From contig NC_087457.1 of NCBI RefSeq assembly GCF_036321535.1, positions 29,140,001-29,204,000 on the forward strand: a stretch of DNA of 64,000 bases, read 5' to 3'. The notes beneath the pieces are model-generated. The model saw only the letters and a program-made list of their open reading frames with translations, was not told where the DNA came from and made no database searches. This document shows positions 12,380-24,525 of this stretch, piece by piece. The first letter of the stretch is position 1. Each line of letters opens with the position of its first letter. The position numbers were made by a program, and so were the translations under genes. This DNA is from Camelus dromedarius. Its lineage: Eukaryota.

Positions 12380-15300
12380 TTACTGGAAGTTCTTACAGAG
12401 GAAGTATATCAAAGTACTGCAGAGAGAGAAAAAAAGGGACAGAAATCTTGAAAATAAAACATACGATGATATTACACGGAAATCTAACACACAAATGATA
12501 GGCATTTGGGAAGAAGGGAAAAAGATAAATGGGGGAGATACATTAATTAAACAAAGAACAGGAGGAGATTTCCTGAGGTTAAGGAAGGTTTGAGCCTGCA
12601 GGTTGAAAGCACTCCCCACAGTCCGGGCTGGACGGATGGGAACCCCCACCCAGACACAGCGTATGAAAATTACTGAGTTGTAAGCACAGAGAGAAATCTC
12701 ATAGGCACCCGGAAAGAAAAGACAAGCCCCAAATGAAAAGGATCACGTTGTGATGATCCTTTGCTACATGTGAAGGCAGAAGGCAAGAACAAAGCATCTA
12801 TAGTCTCCTGAGGGAACAGGACTGGAAACCCTGAATCCTGTACCAGGAGAACACAAGTTCCTATCTGAGCAAAATAAAGTCAGAAAGATGTAGAATTTGT
12901 GAAGTAAACCACAAGGTACTTCATCTGAAGAAAGTAACAGAGAACAAGGTAACCAAACAGCAAATGGCCTGGAACAGAGAGCTCAACAAGATACAGAGAA
13001 GAAGAAATAATCCCAAGTTCTGAGTTCTGTGCCCTCCCAGCATACACATGTGCACACGTGTAGGCACACACACACACACACACACACACACAGATGGATG
13101 TTCTAGAAATGTGTGGCAGAAGTGACAGAGAAGAAATATTGGAACAGCAGGATAAACTCCAAAGCAAATTCCAATAATAGCCCAGACTGTAGTACAGTAC
13201 AGAATCCAAGTCAACTGACGTATGGGAAGGTTGAGGTGGCAGCCGGATGATAATCCAGCTGCTTCATTTGTAGAGGGGTCTGGGTGAGCAATGGGTTGGA
13301 GGAAATAAATATATTGTACTAGTCTCCTCTGGCTGAAGTTGGGGGTTGGGGTGAGGAAGGTAGAGCTTTAAGGATCATTGAATATTTCCAGGGAAACACG
13401 ATCTTATCTTCAAAAAAAAAACACATATATATAGACACATATATATGACTAGGAGTTAAAAGAAGAGGAAAATATCCATATTAAATAATAAAATTATGCA
13501 CGGAACTTCCAAATTAACATGGAGAAATGAATGCACTGGACTGAAAAATGAAAAAATAAAACACATTTAGAAGCTTAAATAAAATTCTTTTGGAAATGAA
13601 AAGACTTAGTAAACGTTAACATATAAAGGATACAAAGAAATGAACAGTATACTCAAGATTTTGGATTTAACATATAAATATAGAACTTTACAGCCATTGA
13701 ACAATGTGTGTGTATGTGTTTCCTATGTCTATGGAATATTTCACAAATTCATCACATAATTGGTCACAAACAAACACTTAACAACTTTTTTAAAAAGGCA
13801 GTTTTCAAATAAATGAACATCTTTACTTGGAAATTAAAACAACAATAACCAGATTAAATTGCCCTTGGATCAAAAGGAAATCACTAACTAGCACAAAAGT
13901 AATGAAAAAGCTAACAGTTCCTGAAAAAAAAACAAAACAAAACAACGAGACGCAGTGAAAGCTGTCCTAAGAATGAAATGGATGGCCTTAAATGTTCTCC
14001 TTATTAAAAAAGAAAGATGGAAAAAACAGAACTTGATACAAATAGAAGCAACTGGAAAGAGAACTATAGAGTATAACAAAAGAAACAAGTTGGAAGAATT
14101 AATAAGGTTAAATCCTAAAATTTATGAAATAGAAAAAAAAAGTAGCAGGAAGGACATATAAAGCCTAAAATGTGTTTGTAAGATGTTTAGTAAGATGTAA
14201 AGTGTTTACTTTGCAAGCCTGATGAATATTCTTAAAAAGGAAGGGAGCTAAACAGACTCATTAGGAATATGGACAGATAAATAAGTAAAAATATGAGACA
14301 GGTTAAAAGAAGTGGAAGAAAGTACTATATATTCTGATGGCAACTGATTAGAAATCTTAGACAAAATGGACAGTTTCTGTTTCAGTTCCTAATATTAACT
14401 CAAGAAGAGTTAGAACACTTGACTAGCTCTATTACCAGAGTGTACCAGGAGGGAACAAGGCATTGAGAACAGCTGGGTTCACAGATCAAAGCGATAAAAC
14501 TCTTACAGGAGCCATCATGTCCATTTTATTTACAGGGTATCTCAGGAAAACATAGAAAGTTCTCAAATTCATTTATAGATTAAAAATCAAAAACGAGAAA
14601 ACCATTCTCATTGTATAAGCAAGACTTCTAATTAAAAGATTAACACAAAATATTAAAACAGTAATACCTCATTACCAATGGAATTTATTTTGGAAATGAA
14701 TTTAACCCAGTTCAGCATGTGGATTTAATGTGTTTCCAGTTAACAGTCGGGACGGGTTTTGTTATTGTTATAGTTATTTAAATTTTGTCAGATATTTGTA
14801 GCGAGAGAAAAAGTAGCTATGAAAATAGCAGTGTGTGTGTGTATAGGAGATACGGGCTTTTTGTACAAGGATCCAGATTATGCTCTAAAACTACATCTTA
14901 TAGATGTGGGGATATCTAAAAATATCAAAGGAATGGAATAGAACGTATGTAAAGAGATCCCTAAACGTTTAGCATATGACAAAACTCATCCTTCCATTCT
15001 GTGGGAAATGTATGGATTCTTTAATAAGCTGCTGCACAACTGGTTATTCACGTAAAATATAAATGGGTATCTATCTTTTACTGTATATAAAATTAAATGC
15101 TAGATGGACTAAAACAAACTATGAAAAGTAAAACAATCACTTTCCTTCAAAAACATATCCTCCAGTATATCTAAGATATGAAATACCCCCAAAAAGTAAA
15201 AATCTTTTGTAGCTATATTCATAAAAATGAACACATTCCACAAACATAATAGTAAACAAAATATGCAGAGCAACATGCTTGGCAGGAATGCATTAATACA

Positions 15301-16650
15301 AGGGCCTCATACAAACCTGAACAGTACACTGTTCAGGAATATGTGTCTGTGTTTTAAAGCTATAAGCAAAACCAAAAGCATTATTAATGCAAAAATGCAA
15401 GATGTTGATTTATATGCAGGGAGAATGAAAATGAGATGTTATTGGGAGAAAATGCTATAATAATTAAGATGAGCTGGCATACATGAGCATTCAACACAGC
15501 CAAGTATTACCTATATGCTGTATACACATATTTGTATATATGACAAACTCAGTGATATAAAAATTTGGAAGACTACATGTATAATCTAAGGAGTTGGGAG
15601 AATTTTTCATCCACAACTAGAAATTCAGAGGTTGTAGTAAACATACTTGTGCAGATAAACATCAATCTTTTTGTACCACAAATGATGTCATTAACAAATG
15701 CAACATGCGAACAATGAATTTGGGGAAATATATTCAAATGTACGGAGCATATGTATACTACGCAATGAGTCCTTTCAAATTGACCAAGCTAGATCAGTAA
15801 TTTAATAGAAAAATGGGGAAAAGAGGAATAAGTAATTTATAAAAAATCAAAATGATTAGCAAGTATATAAAGACATTCAAACACATTAGCTGTTAGGTAA
15901 AGGCAAATTACAGCAAAGTGGGATAGCATTTTCTACTCATTAGCTGGAAAGGAAATTAAGAGGCGCTAAAACATGCTGGCAGGGATATGTGAGAAAAGAT
16001 GGTATCATACCTTGTTGATGAAAATTATTACAACCTTTGAGGAAAGCAATTCAAAAGAAAATTTAAGAAAAACCTTCTTTGAGTCAGAAATTCTACATCT
16101 GGGAAAATATGACATGAAAATAAAAGCTCCATCATGGCACAATATTTGAACAAGATTTTTATTGCAGCATCATTCCTAGTGGCCAAAAAAACCGGAGACA
16201 AAGATGAATGTCCACAAACAAAGGAGAGATTGAATAATTTATAGCCCATCCACACAATGGAATATGATGCAGCCATTAAAATGCAGCTAAACCAGTTGAC
16301 TGGGAAAGATTTCGACAAAGTTCATTTGAGGAAGAAAAGCAAAATGCAAACTCATGTATACTGTGATTCTATTGTTTTATAGAACCAATTGTAAAGCTCA
16401 ATATATGTCTAGTGTATACATGTTTGTACATGATGAGACTAGCATAGAGAAAATTATGAGGGGTGCACAGTAGGTTGTCAACATAAGTAACCTGTGGTTG
16501 AAAGAAGGAATAATATGGGTATAGGATGGGGAGGAGCAAAACAATAATCCAACCACATGCACTAAAAAAGTCAAACTAGAATGTATCAGGTGACTGTATT
16601 TGTGCTTTAATATAAAATTATTTGTGTATACAATGAAATTAAAAATATGG
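12380..16650 (+). mobile_element. Ancient, heavily decayed LINE-1 (L1ME/L1M5-type) with ORF1, ORF2 and 3' UTR remnants in order
   Basis: ORF1-like remnants 12480-12860 (CTAACACACAAATGATAGGCATTTGGGAAGAAGG; CCCTGAATCCTGTACCAGG); ORF 13955-14161 MKAVLRMKWMALNVLLIKK resembles L1 ORF2 AKAVLRGKFIALNAYIKK; 3' motif CACACAATGGAATATGATGCAGCCATTAAAA at ~16251-16281. Confidence 0.7.
13065..13092 (+). repeat. (CA)14 microsatellite
   Basis: Direct read. Confidence 0.9.
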
Positions 16651-18467
16651 TAGTGTTAGTGGGTCGCCATATTTCATAAAAGAAAAACCACCTTTCCCCT
16701 ACTGCCTAACAGAAATGTCAATAAAAATGGTTAATTAATCCATAAATGGTTAAGTATTGAATTAATCCACAATTAAAAATAGAAAGAAAAAAGCAGAAAT
16801 TCAGGGAAATGCAAGGAGGATTTTTGGCAAGATCAGAATAAATATTTCATTTACTTTCACTGATTCTATCTACAAAGTTCAACTTCTATAAAAAGGACTC
16901 AGACATTTCACATGATAGAACAATTCCATTCAAACAGAGTGTACTTAAAAAAATTATATGCACACACAATGTAGAAGTTATTTGTAACAATTAGAAATTT
17001 TTCCTTAATGCTCTGAAGGAAAATAATACAAATAATCTAATAGTCAAAATTAAATATGAGACATTTCTAATTAATGGAAATTAAAAGCTGGTACTTCACA
17101 TTTTTTAAGTCAGTTCTCTGATTATCATCGCCGATCTCTAAGTGTTCCAATTGTATGCCATTTTTTTCTGATTAACATCACTTAATGAAGAATTGATTCA
17201 TTTGGTTATTATCAAATAATAAGGTCTCTCTGAAGAATTATCTAGAAATTTCACATCAAGATCATAGCAGTATTTCGTTAGCTTTATTGTTTCAGGGTTG
17301 AGAAATATATTCTTTATGTTTATGCATATGCAACAATGAAACAATTTCTGTTATAATTGTGATAAGTAATCGACTCTGTATTACTCCTTATCTAGACATT
17401 GGAGTAAAATTTGAGGTAGGTTTTGATAAAAGTATCTACAGCCTTCAAATACCCCACATATTACAAGGGAAGTTGAAAGAAAGGGATATTTGTGTGTCTG
17501 AGATGTGTTTTTCCCCTGTTCATAAATATGAATAATGGAAATACTTAGTAAGTTTGTTTTACGGCTCAGAATGTTAACTATTTACACTGGCTCAGATGTA
17601 TATCACCACTAATTTTAAATTCTTCAAAGATGTGTCTAAGGCCTCTTATCATCAATGAGTAAACAGTTGACGTTTACTGGACAACACACACACACAAACG
17701 TGCACCCCCGACTAATCACAATTTTTTGGTATTTTCTCACTGTACTTAATTTTCACCTTAACTTGGGAGCATCAAATCCAGACTTTCATACAGAACACAA
17801 ATGTCACTGGATTATGGAAAATAGCTTATATATTTTTCAGAAATTTGGAGTGAGCTGACTTTAAGGAGAAAAAGAAGGCTTCTTCCAGTGGCCATTCATT
17901 GGATGACACGTAGCTCTGAGGAAGTCCTTTGGCTTTCTGCCCCCTCGGGCAAGTGGACTAGGAATCCTGCCAAGCTGAGCATTTTGCCTGACAAATGTTG
18001 GTTATACTAAACCCCAAATAGCCAGAGGTCCTCAGATGAATCCAGCTAGGCCAATTTTATTTCTTAATGCATCACTATCAGGATTATCTCCTTAAAATAA
18101 ACCCCAAATTTCTTTCTTTCTCTGCTCAGGTGTAAAGGAAAGGTAGTGTGTCTCTGTGTACAATTCAGATTTTCCTCTCTCTTCCCATACCGGCTAGACT
18201 AAGTCTCAGTGCTGCGGAGATAGGTACGAGCCACACACACACACAAAAAAAGTCTCAGAACTCTAACAAGGTTTCCTTGACTGCAGAGGAAATATTCTGG
18301 AAGATAATTCTTTCTTTGGGACAATTCCCCGGGCTTTTCATTACCAACATATTATCAAAAGTACAGTTGAAGAGTGGACTGGGAATCATACCAAGGATTT
18401 GAGAAGACAACCCACAGCCAAAATACATGAAGAACTTTTAAAACTCAACAATAAGAAAATGAATAGA

Positions 18468-19492
18468 CAGTGCTGCTCTGTATCTTTTCAAATTAGACTG
18501 TCCTCCAGATATATGTCCAGGAGTGGGATTGCTGGGTCATATGGGGAGTCTATTTTTAGTTTTTTAAGGAATCTCCATAATGTTTTCCATAATGGCTGCA
18601 CAAAACTACATNNNNNNNNNNNNNNNNNNNNNNNNNNNNNNNNNNNNNNNNNNNNNNNNNNNNNNNNNNNNNNNNNNNNNNNNNNNNNNNNNNNNNNNNN
18701 NNNNNNNNNNNNNNNNNNNNNNNNNNNNNNNNNNNNNNNNNNNNNNNNNNNNNNNNATACTGACCATTTTTTGCAAGTGCCTATAGGCCATTTGCATGTC
18801 TTCATTGGAGAAATGTTTGTTTAGGTCTTTGGTCATTTTTTGATTGAGTTGTTTATTATTTTGTTATTGAGTTGTATGTACTGTTTGTATATTCTAGAAA
18901 TTAAGCCCTTGTCTGTTACATCATTTGCAAATATATTCATAGCAGCACTATTTACAACACTCAAGACATGGAAGCAATCTAAATGTCCATCACAGACAGA
19001 TAACTGGATAAAGTTGCAATATTATATATAGACATATAAAATGGAATACTACTCAGCCATAAAAAAGAATAAAATCATGCCATTTGCAGTAACATGGATG
19101 GACCTGGAGATTGTCATACTAAATGAAGTAAGCCAGAAAGAAAAAGAAAAATACCGTATGGTATCACTTATATGTCGAATCTAGAAAAATGAGACAAATG
19201 AACTTATTTATAAAACAGAAAGACTCACAGATATAGAAAACAAAATTGTGGTTACCAGGGGGTAAAGAGGGGTGTGGAGAGATAAATTGGGAGTTTGGGA
19301 TTTGCAGAGACTAACTACTACACATAAAATAGATAAACAAGGTGCTACTTTATAGCAGAAGGAACTATATTCAATACCTTGTAATAGCCTATAATGAGAA
19401 AGACTATGAAAAGGAATAACTGAATCACCATGTTATAAACCAGAAACTAACACAAAATTGTAAACCGACTATATACCAATAAAAAACAATTT
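18468..19492 (+). mobile_element. Camelid-type LINE-1, 5'-truncated with 5' inversion (twin priming); 15-bp TSD
   Basis: 18468-~18933 is antisense ORF2 (translation includes [34 protein letters not shown]); ~18934-19492 is sense ORF2 end plus 3' UTR and A-rich tail. TSD AAGAAAATGAATAGA (18453-18467) and AAGAAAATGAACAGA (19493-19507). Confidence 0.85.
18612..18756. other. N gap (145 nt) inside L1
   Basis: Run of N. Confidence 1.
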
Positions 19493-20073
19493 AAGAAAAT
19501 GAACAGATTGAAAAAATGGGCAAAAGATCTGAACAGACGACTCACCAAAGAAGACATATAGATGGGAAATACACATATTTGACAAGATAGTCAACATCTT
19601 ATCTTACTAGGGAAGTGCAATTAGAATGAGACCCCACTGCCTACCTATTAGAACAACAAAAATCTAAACCACTGACAAAACCACCAAATGCTGAGAAGGA
19701 TGTGGAGCAACAGGAACTTCCATTCATTACTGGTAAGAACGCAAAAACGGTGCAGTCACTTCGGAAGACACTTTGGCGGTTTCTTAGAAAATTAAATATA
19801 CTCTTACCAGAAATCGGGCTCCCTGGTATGTACCCAGGAGCGGAAAACTTATGTCCTCACAACAGGTGTTTATAGCTGCTTCATTCATAATTGTCAAAGA
19901 TGTCTTTCACTGGGTGAGTGAATAAATAAACTGTGGTACATCCGGAGAACAGAGTATTACTCAGCAGTAAAGAGAAATGAGGTATCGAGCCACAAAACAC
20001 AGAGGAAACTTAAATGCATGTGACAGTGTGTAGGAAGCAAGTTTGGAAAGGTTACATGCTATATTTCCAACTG

Positions 20074-20291
20074 CAGCTGACCCTTGAACAACAGGGGTTT
20101 GAACTGATCAGGTCCACTTATCCATGGGGTTTTTCCCACCAAACACGTACAGCACTATATGATCCAAGATTGGTTGAATCTATGGATGTGGAATTGTGGA
20201 TTCAGAGGGCCAACTATATAGTTACACAGAATTTTTTGTCTGTGTGCAGGGCTGGTGGCCCCTAACCCCCTCATGGTTCAAGGGGCAACTG
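20074..20291. mobile_element. Tigger1-family MITE (TcMar DNA transposon)
   Basis: Terminal inverted repeats CAGCTGACCCTTGAAC (20074) and GTTCAAGGGGCAACTG (ends 20291); internal GGGTTTGAACTG...GTCCACTTAT typical of Tigger1 derivatives. Confidence 0.8.
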
Positions 20292-22200
20292 GATATGACA
20301 TTCTGGAAAAGGTAAAGCTAGGGAGACATTCAGATCAGTGGTAGCTAGGAGTTAGTGTGCAAGAAATGATACAGGGCAGAACACTGAGGATTTTTAGGAC
20401 AATGAAATCATTCTGTATGGTATTATAATGGTGAATATATATGATTATACATTTGCCAAATCCCACAGAAAGTACATCAAAGGTGAATCCTAATGCAACC
20501 TATGGAATTTGGGTGATAACAATGTGTCATTGTGGGGTTATTGATTGCAACAAAGTGCCAACTGGTATAGGATTTGACCGTGGGAAGGCTGTGGGTACCA
20601 GGGGTATGGAGTATATAGGAATTATGGATTTTCTGCTCAATTCTGCTGTGAATCTAAAGCTGCTATAAAAAGCCTATTTTTTAAAAAAAATGGGCAGTAA
20701 CTTTTGAACTACTTTTTAATAGATTTTTTTTTTAAAAAAAGGCATCTTAAACAACAACCAAGACTTTGAAGTCTTTGCATATAGTTGCAATATGAAGGAT
20801 CATGGTTTTCAATGAAAAATTGATCAGTCTGAATTCTATAAAGTCACTGATTTTGACTTTTGACCTTCAAAAAGGGCAACTTAATAAGCTACAATTTAAT
20901 AAAGAGCACTTAAAAAAATCAGTGTTATTCTGACAAACTTAAGTATCTGTTAATTCTTTCAAATCCAATTTTCTACCATTTCTTGGATCCCATTTTCCTC
21001 AAACCATGTATTAGTCCTCCCCTACACTTGATTCTGATCTGTATTTTACTTGAACTTTTATCCACAGTTAATACAAATACATTTAATTTTAATGTACACT
21101 GAAAGATATGAATAGTTCAATTACTAAACTAAATTATAAACATTTTGACTCTTAAGACTATGCTTTCTTCACATTTCATCTGTCTTCTGAAGTACCACTC
21201 TGTACCCAATGAATACTTAAGAAAAATGGTTTTGACTGATAATTGATGGCTGTATGTTCAGGAACTATAGAATAATTCACTGTAACTATTTCTTGCCTTC
21301 GAGATACAATGGCACAAAAAAGTTCTCCAAGAGACTGGAGACTTCTTATGGCCTTGACCAATCACCTGGGCCATGAGTGATAATCATAAAAATCCTCACT
21401 CTGCAAAGAACATCTGCCTACTGCTTAAGACGGCACAGAGAACAGTCCCAGTAATGCCCAAGGCTGTTTCTTGACATCTGACAGCCAACTCTCTGTCCAT
21501 GTTTTGAGGCCAAAAGGTGACAGGTGAGAGAATGTTTGACAACAGTGCACTAGCACCACTTTCAATCGATGTGCATGATGATGGGGATTTCAAGATCATC
21601 ACGGAAATAAAACGAAACCTTGCAATAAACATTTCGCCCAGCTATGCAACGGTATTTAAAACATGCCCATTCTTAAACTGCTTCAAAGCAAATTAACGTA
21701 TTTGAAGTGGAAATTGAGCAACATGAAAGCCCATTTACTATAAAATAAAAGACCTTGTGCATGATACCTGGTTTTTTTTCTTCATTTTATCTGTAACAAT
21801 GCACAGAAATGAAGGTATCAAGATTTTAAAGTAAAATTAGTGCATTCTACTAATTCAGACCTTTTCCTAAAATATCTAAGTTTCTATACTGTTTATTAAA
21901 AAGGGAGTACTATCTTGTTCGATTTTACCCACAGGCTCTTGTTCTTATATAGAAATAAGGCTGCATATACTTAAATGGGAAATCTTACTCTAAACTGCTG
22001 CATTATTCTCTATGCCTGGAATAATTATTGTATCTTTTATCTAAGGAAAAGAAATCCTTTCTATTGCTCAAACACCATTTCTAGTAAGAAATATGTTAAT
22101 GTTAGGAAATATGTGAAGGGACAATTAACATAAAATCTATTAGCTATAACCCACTCCCTCCCCAAAGAGAAACTAACATGGACAGTAGGCAGTGGGCAGG

Positions 22201-22796
22201 GCTGTGTTGAGTCAGTGATTTCCACGTGCTGGGTTGGCTTCTGGCCCCATCTCTTAACTCCGNNNNNNNNNNNNNNNNNNNNNNNNNNNNNNNNNNNNNN
22301 NNNNNNNNNNNNNNNNNNNNNNNNNNNNNNNNNNNNNNNNNNNNNNNNNNNNNNNNNNNNNNNNNNNNNNNNNNNNNNNNNNNNNNNNNNNNNNNNNNNN
22401 NNNNNNNNNNNNNNNNNNNNNNNNNNNNNNNNNNNNNNNNNNNNNNNNNNNNNNNNNNNNNNNNNNNNNNNNNNNNNNNNNNNNNNNNNNNNNNNNNNNN
22501 NNNNNNNNNNNNNNNNNNNNNNNNNNNNNNNNNNNNNNNNNNNNNNNNNNNNNNNNNNNNNNNNNNNNNNNNNNNNNNGAGCCGGTTCAACATAGCAANN
22601 NNNNNNNNNNNNNNNNNNNNNNNNNNNNNNNNNNNNNNNNNNNNNNNNNNNNNNNNNNNNNNNNNNNNNNNNNNNNNNNNNNNNNNNNNNNNNNNNNNNN
22701 NNNNNNNNNNNNNNNNNNNNNNNNNNNNNNNNNNNNNNNNNNNNNNNNNNNNNNNNNNNNNNNNNNNNNNNNNNNNNNNNNNNNNNNNNNNNNNNN
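22201..22796. mobile_element. Unresolved repeat mostly hidden by N gaps (22263-22578, 22599-22796); possibly a solo LTR or TIR element
   Basis: Imperfect inverted termini GCTGTGTTGA (22201-22210) and TCAACATAGC (22587-22596) bracket the first gap. Confidence 0.3.
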
Positions 22797-23949
22797 CCAC
22801 AAATTCTTTTACTGAAAAGAGTGCACTATTTTAAGGAAGGGAGCGATTTTCAAGACACTGACAGTCTCTGAGAGATTAAAAATAATCAATAAATGTTTGG
22901 AGACATTTTCACTAAAATCGACAGGCCCGTGCACAGATCCACATTTCAGTAGCATGCTTACACTTACCTACTCCATGTCAAGGTTTATGTACAATTTGTA
23001 TACCAGGGGTATCAAAAACAGGTTAAGTGTGAATGTTTCAAAATTTATTTATCAAAAATGTTCCGTCTTATTTTCTGTTTTTAAAGGTGTTTTCTTCATG
23101 CTAAATTAAAAGAATCCCAAGGTTTATATATTAAGATATTACTGTAAAAGACTGCAAAAACATTATTTTTAGTTTAAAAAATACTATATATTTCATACCT
23201 AAGTACTACCAAATAGAAAAATGAGCTGCAAAGTATATAAATATCTTTTCCCATAAAAGATGAAAATATTACATCCCTCTGAAGCACAGCCTCACATTTT
23301 TACTTCAATTAAATTATTATAAACATCAAAGGAAATTCTTCTGTAATTATTTTACTGGCAAGTGATTATTAAAGCACTGTCTGTCACTTTGTAACATGCC
23401 TACAGAACAACGCTTATAGTAATAATTAATGTGACTTTCTTTCACACAGACTAGGGAGTTTTTAAAACACATCTTACACAGTGTTTATTAACAATTAGTG
23501 AAGGCCACTACAGTTTGGAAAATGTATTATATGTAGTATAAGATTATGCTTGTATAAAATCTAAATGAAAAATAGGTTGATTTATCTCCTCAAAACTATA
23601 AAAAGAGGTTCATAATACAATTGTTTGTTATTACTATTAATGCGAATGTGAATAATCTCTATGATACTTCTTTTTTTAAATACTGTGATAGTATTTCAGT
23701 TACAGTTTGAAAGCTGCCCTGATCTTTTTAGAAAATAATTTTGATATAATCGTGACTTTAGGAAATCCATGAAGGAGGTTAGTACAGCCAGCAATCAATG
23801 TAATGCAGTGTCACTTGCTAAATAAAGGAGAAATTCTATAATTATTTAAAAAAATAGTGGCTTGGACTTTACCAATTTCTTCAAAGTATCAAGTATCATC
23901 CTAATTCCCAGCAGATAAATTGCCACTTATTTTAAATAGTAAATTTGTC

Positions 23950-24190
23950 CCTCTCCATCCATGACATACACTTACCAAAACCTTCCTTGAAACACCCAGA
24001 TGCTGAGTTAATCACTGCCTTCTCTGAAGGGCTTGCTCCTTCCAGTTAAACTCTACTCATACCCCGACCACAATGTCACCATCATTACATAAATTTTCCC
24101 CAACTAGACTGAGAGTATCTTAGCTTCGCATCCTCTGCACTTTGCCAGCTATCTGCCACGTATGTCACAAATTCCTTATTAAATTATCTT
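23950..24190 (+). mobile_element. L2 3' fragment
   Basis: AAAACCTTCCTTGAAACACCCAG...CCCCAACTAGACTGAGAG...GCATCCTCTGCACTTTGCC L2 3' motifs. Confidence 0.55.
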
Positions 24191-24309
24191 ACATTAAACT
24201 GATCTGATTATACATTATCAGCTATTCAAAAGACACAGAGCAATCAATTCCATCGAAGAGAGGACAATATAGAATAGAAGGAATTCTATTTCATGGTCTC
24301 CTAGCATCA

Positions 24310-24525
24310 TGAAAAGAGCCCTGGCTTGAAGAATAACAGACAACAATTCAAATCTCTTCCTAGTCTTCAGCAAATCATTTAATTTCATTGAGGTGCAGCT
24401 ACCTTACCTATAAATTTAGAAAATAAATACTTTATACAAACATAGAAGTTAGGCATATAAAATCTGTAGCATGGAGCCTGGTATACAATAGTCACTGGGA
24501 AAAAGTAGTACTCACTGCTATTATT
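24310..24525 (+). mobile_element. MIR SINE
   Basis: GAAAAGAGCCCTGGCTTG...TTCAAATCTCTTCC...GCAAATCATTTAAT...GCCTGGTATACAATAG...CTGCTATTATT. Confidence 0.65.

Larger units (their letters stand above)
18399..20670 (+). mobile_element. Old L1 3' portion (L1MC-like), host of two nested insertions
   Basis: ORF2 3' text AAAACTCAACAATAAGAAAATG (18440-18461) resumes at 19493 as AAGAAAATGAACAGATTGAAAAAATGGGCAAAAGATCTGAACAGAC; 3' UTR ATGACATTCTGGAAAAGGTAAAGCTA through GAATCTAAAGCTGCTATAAAA (~20670). Confidence 0.75.

Noticed and set aside
22144-22834. ORFs of 200+ aa containing X runs (also at 18.4-18.8k and 37.5-38.1k)
   Set aside because: Artefacts of translating through N gaps.
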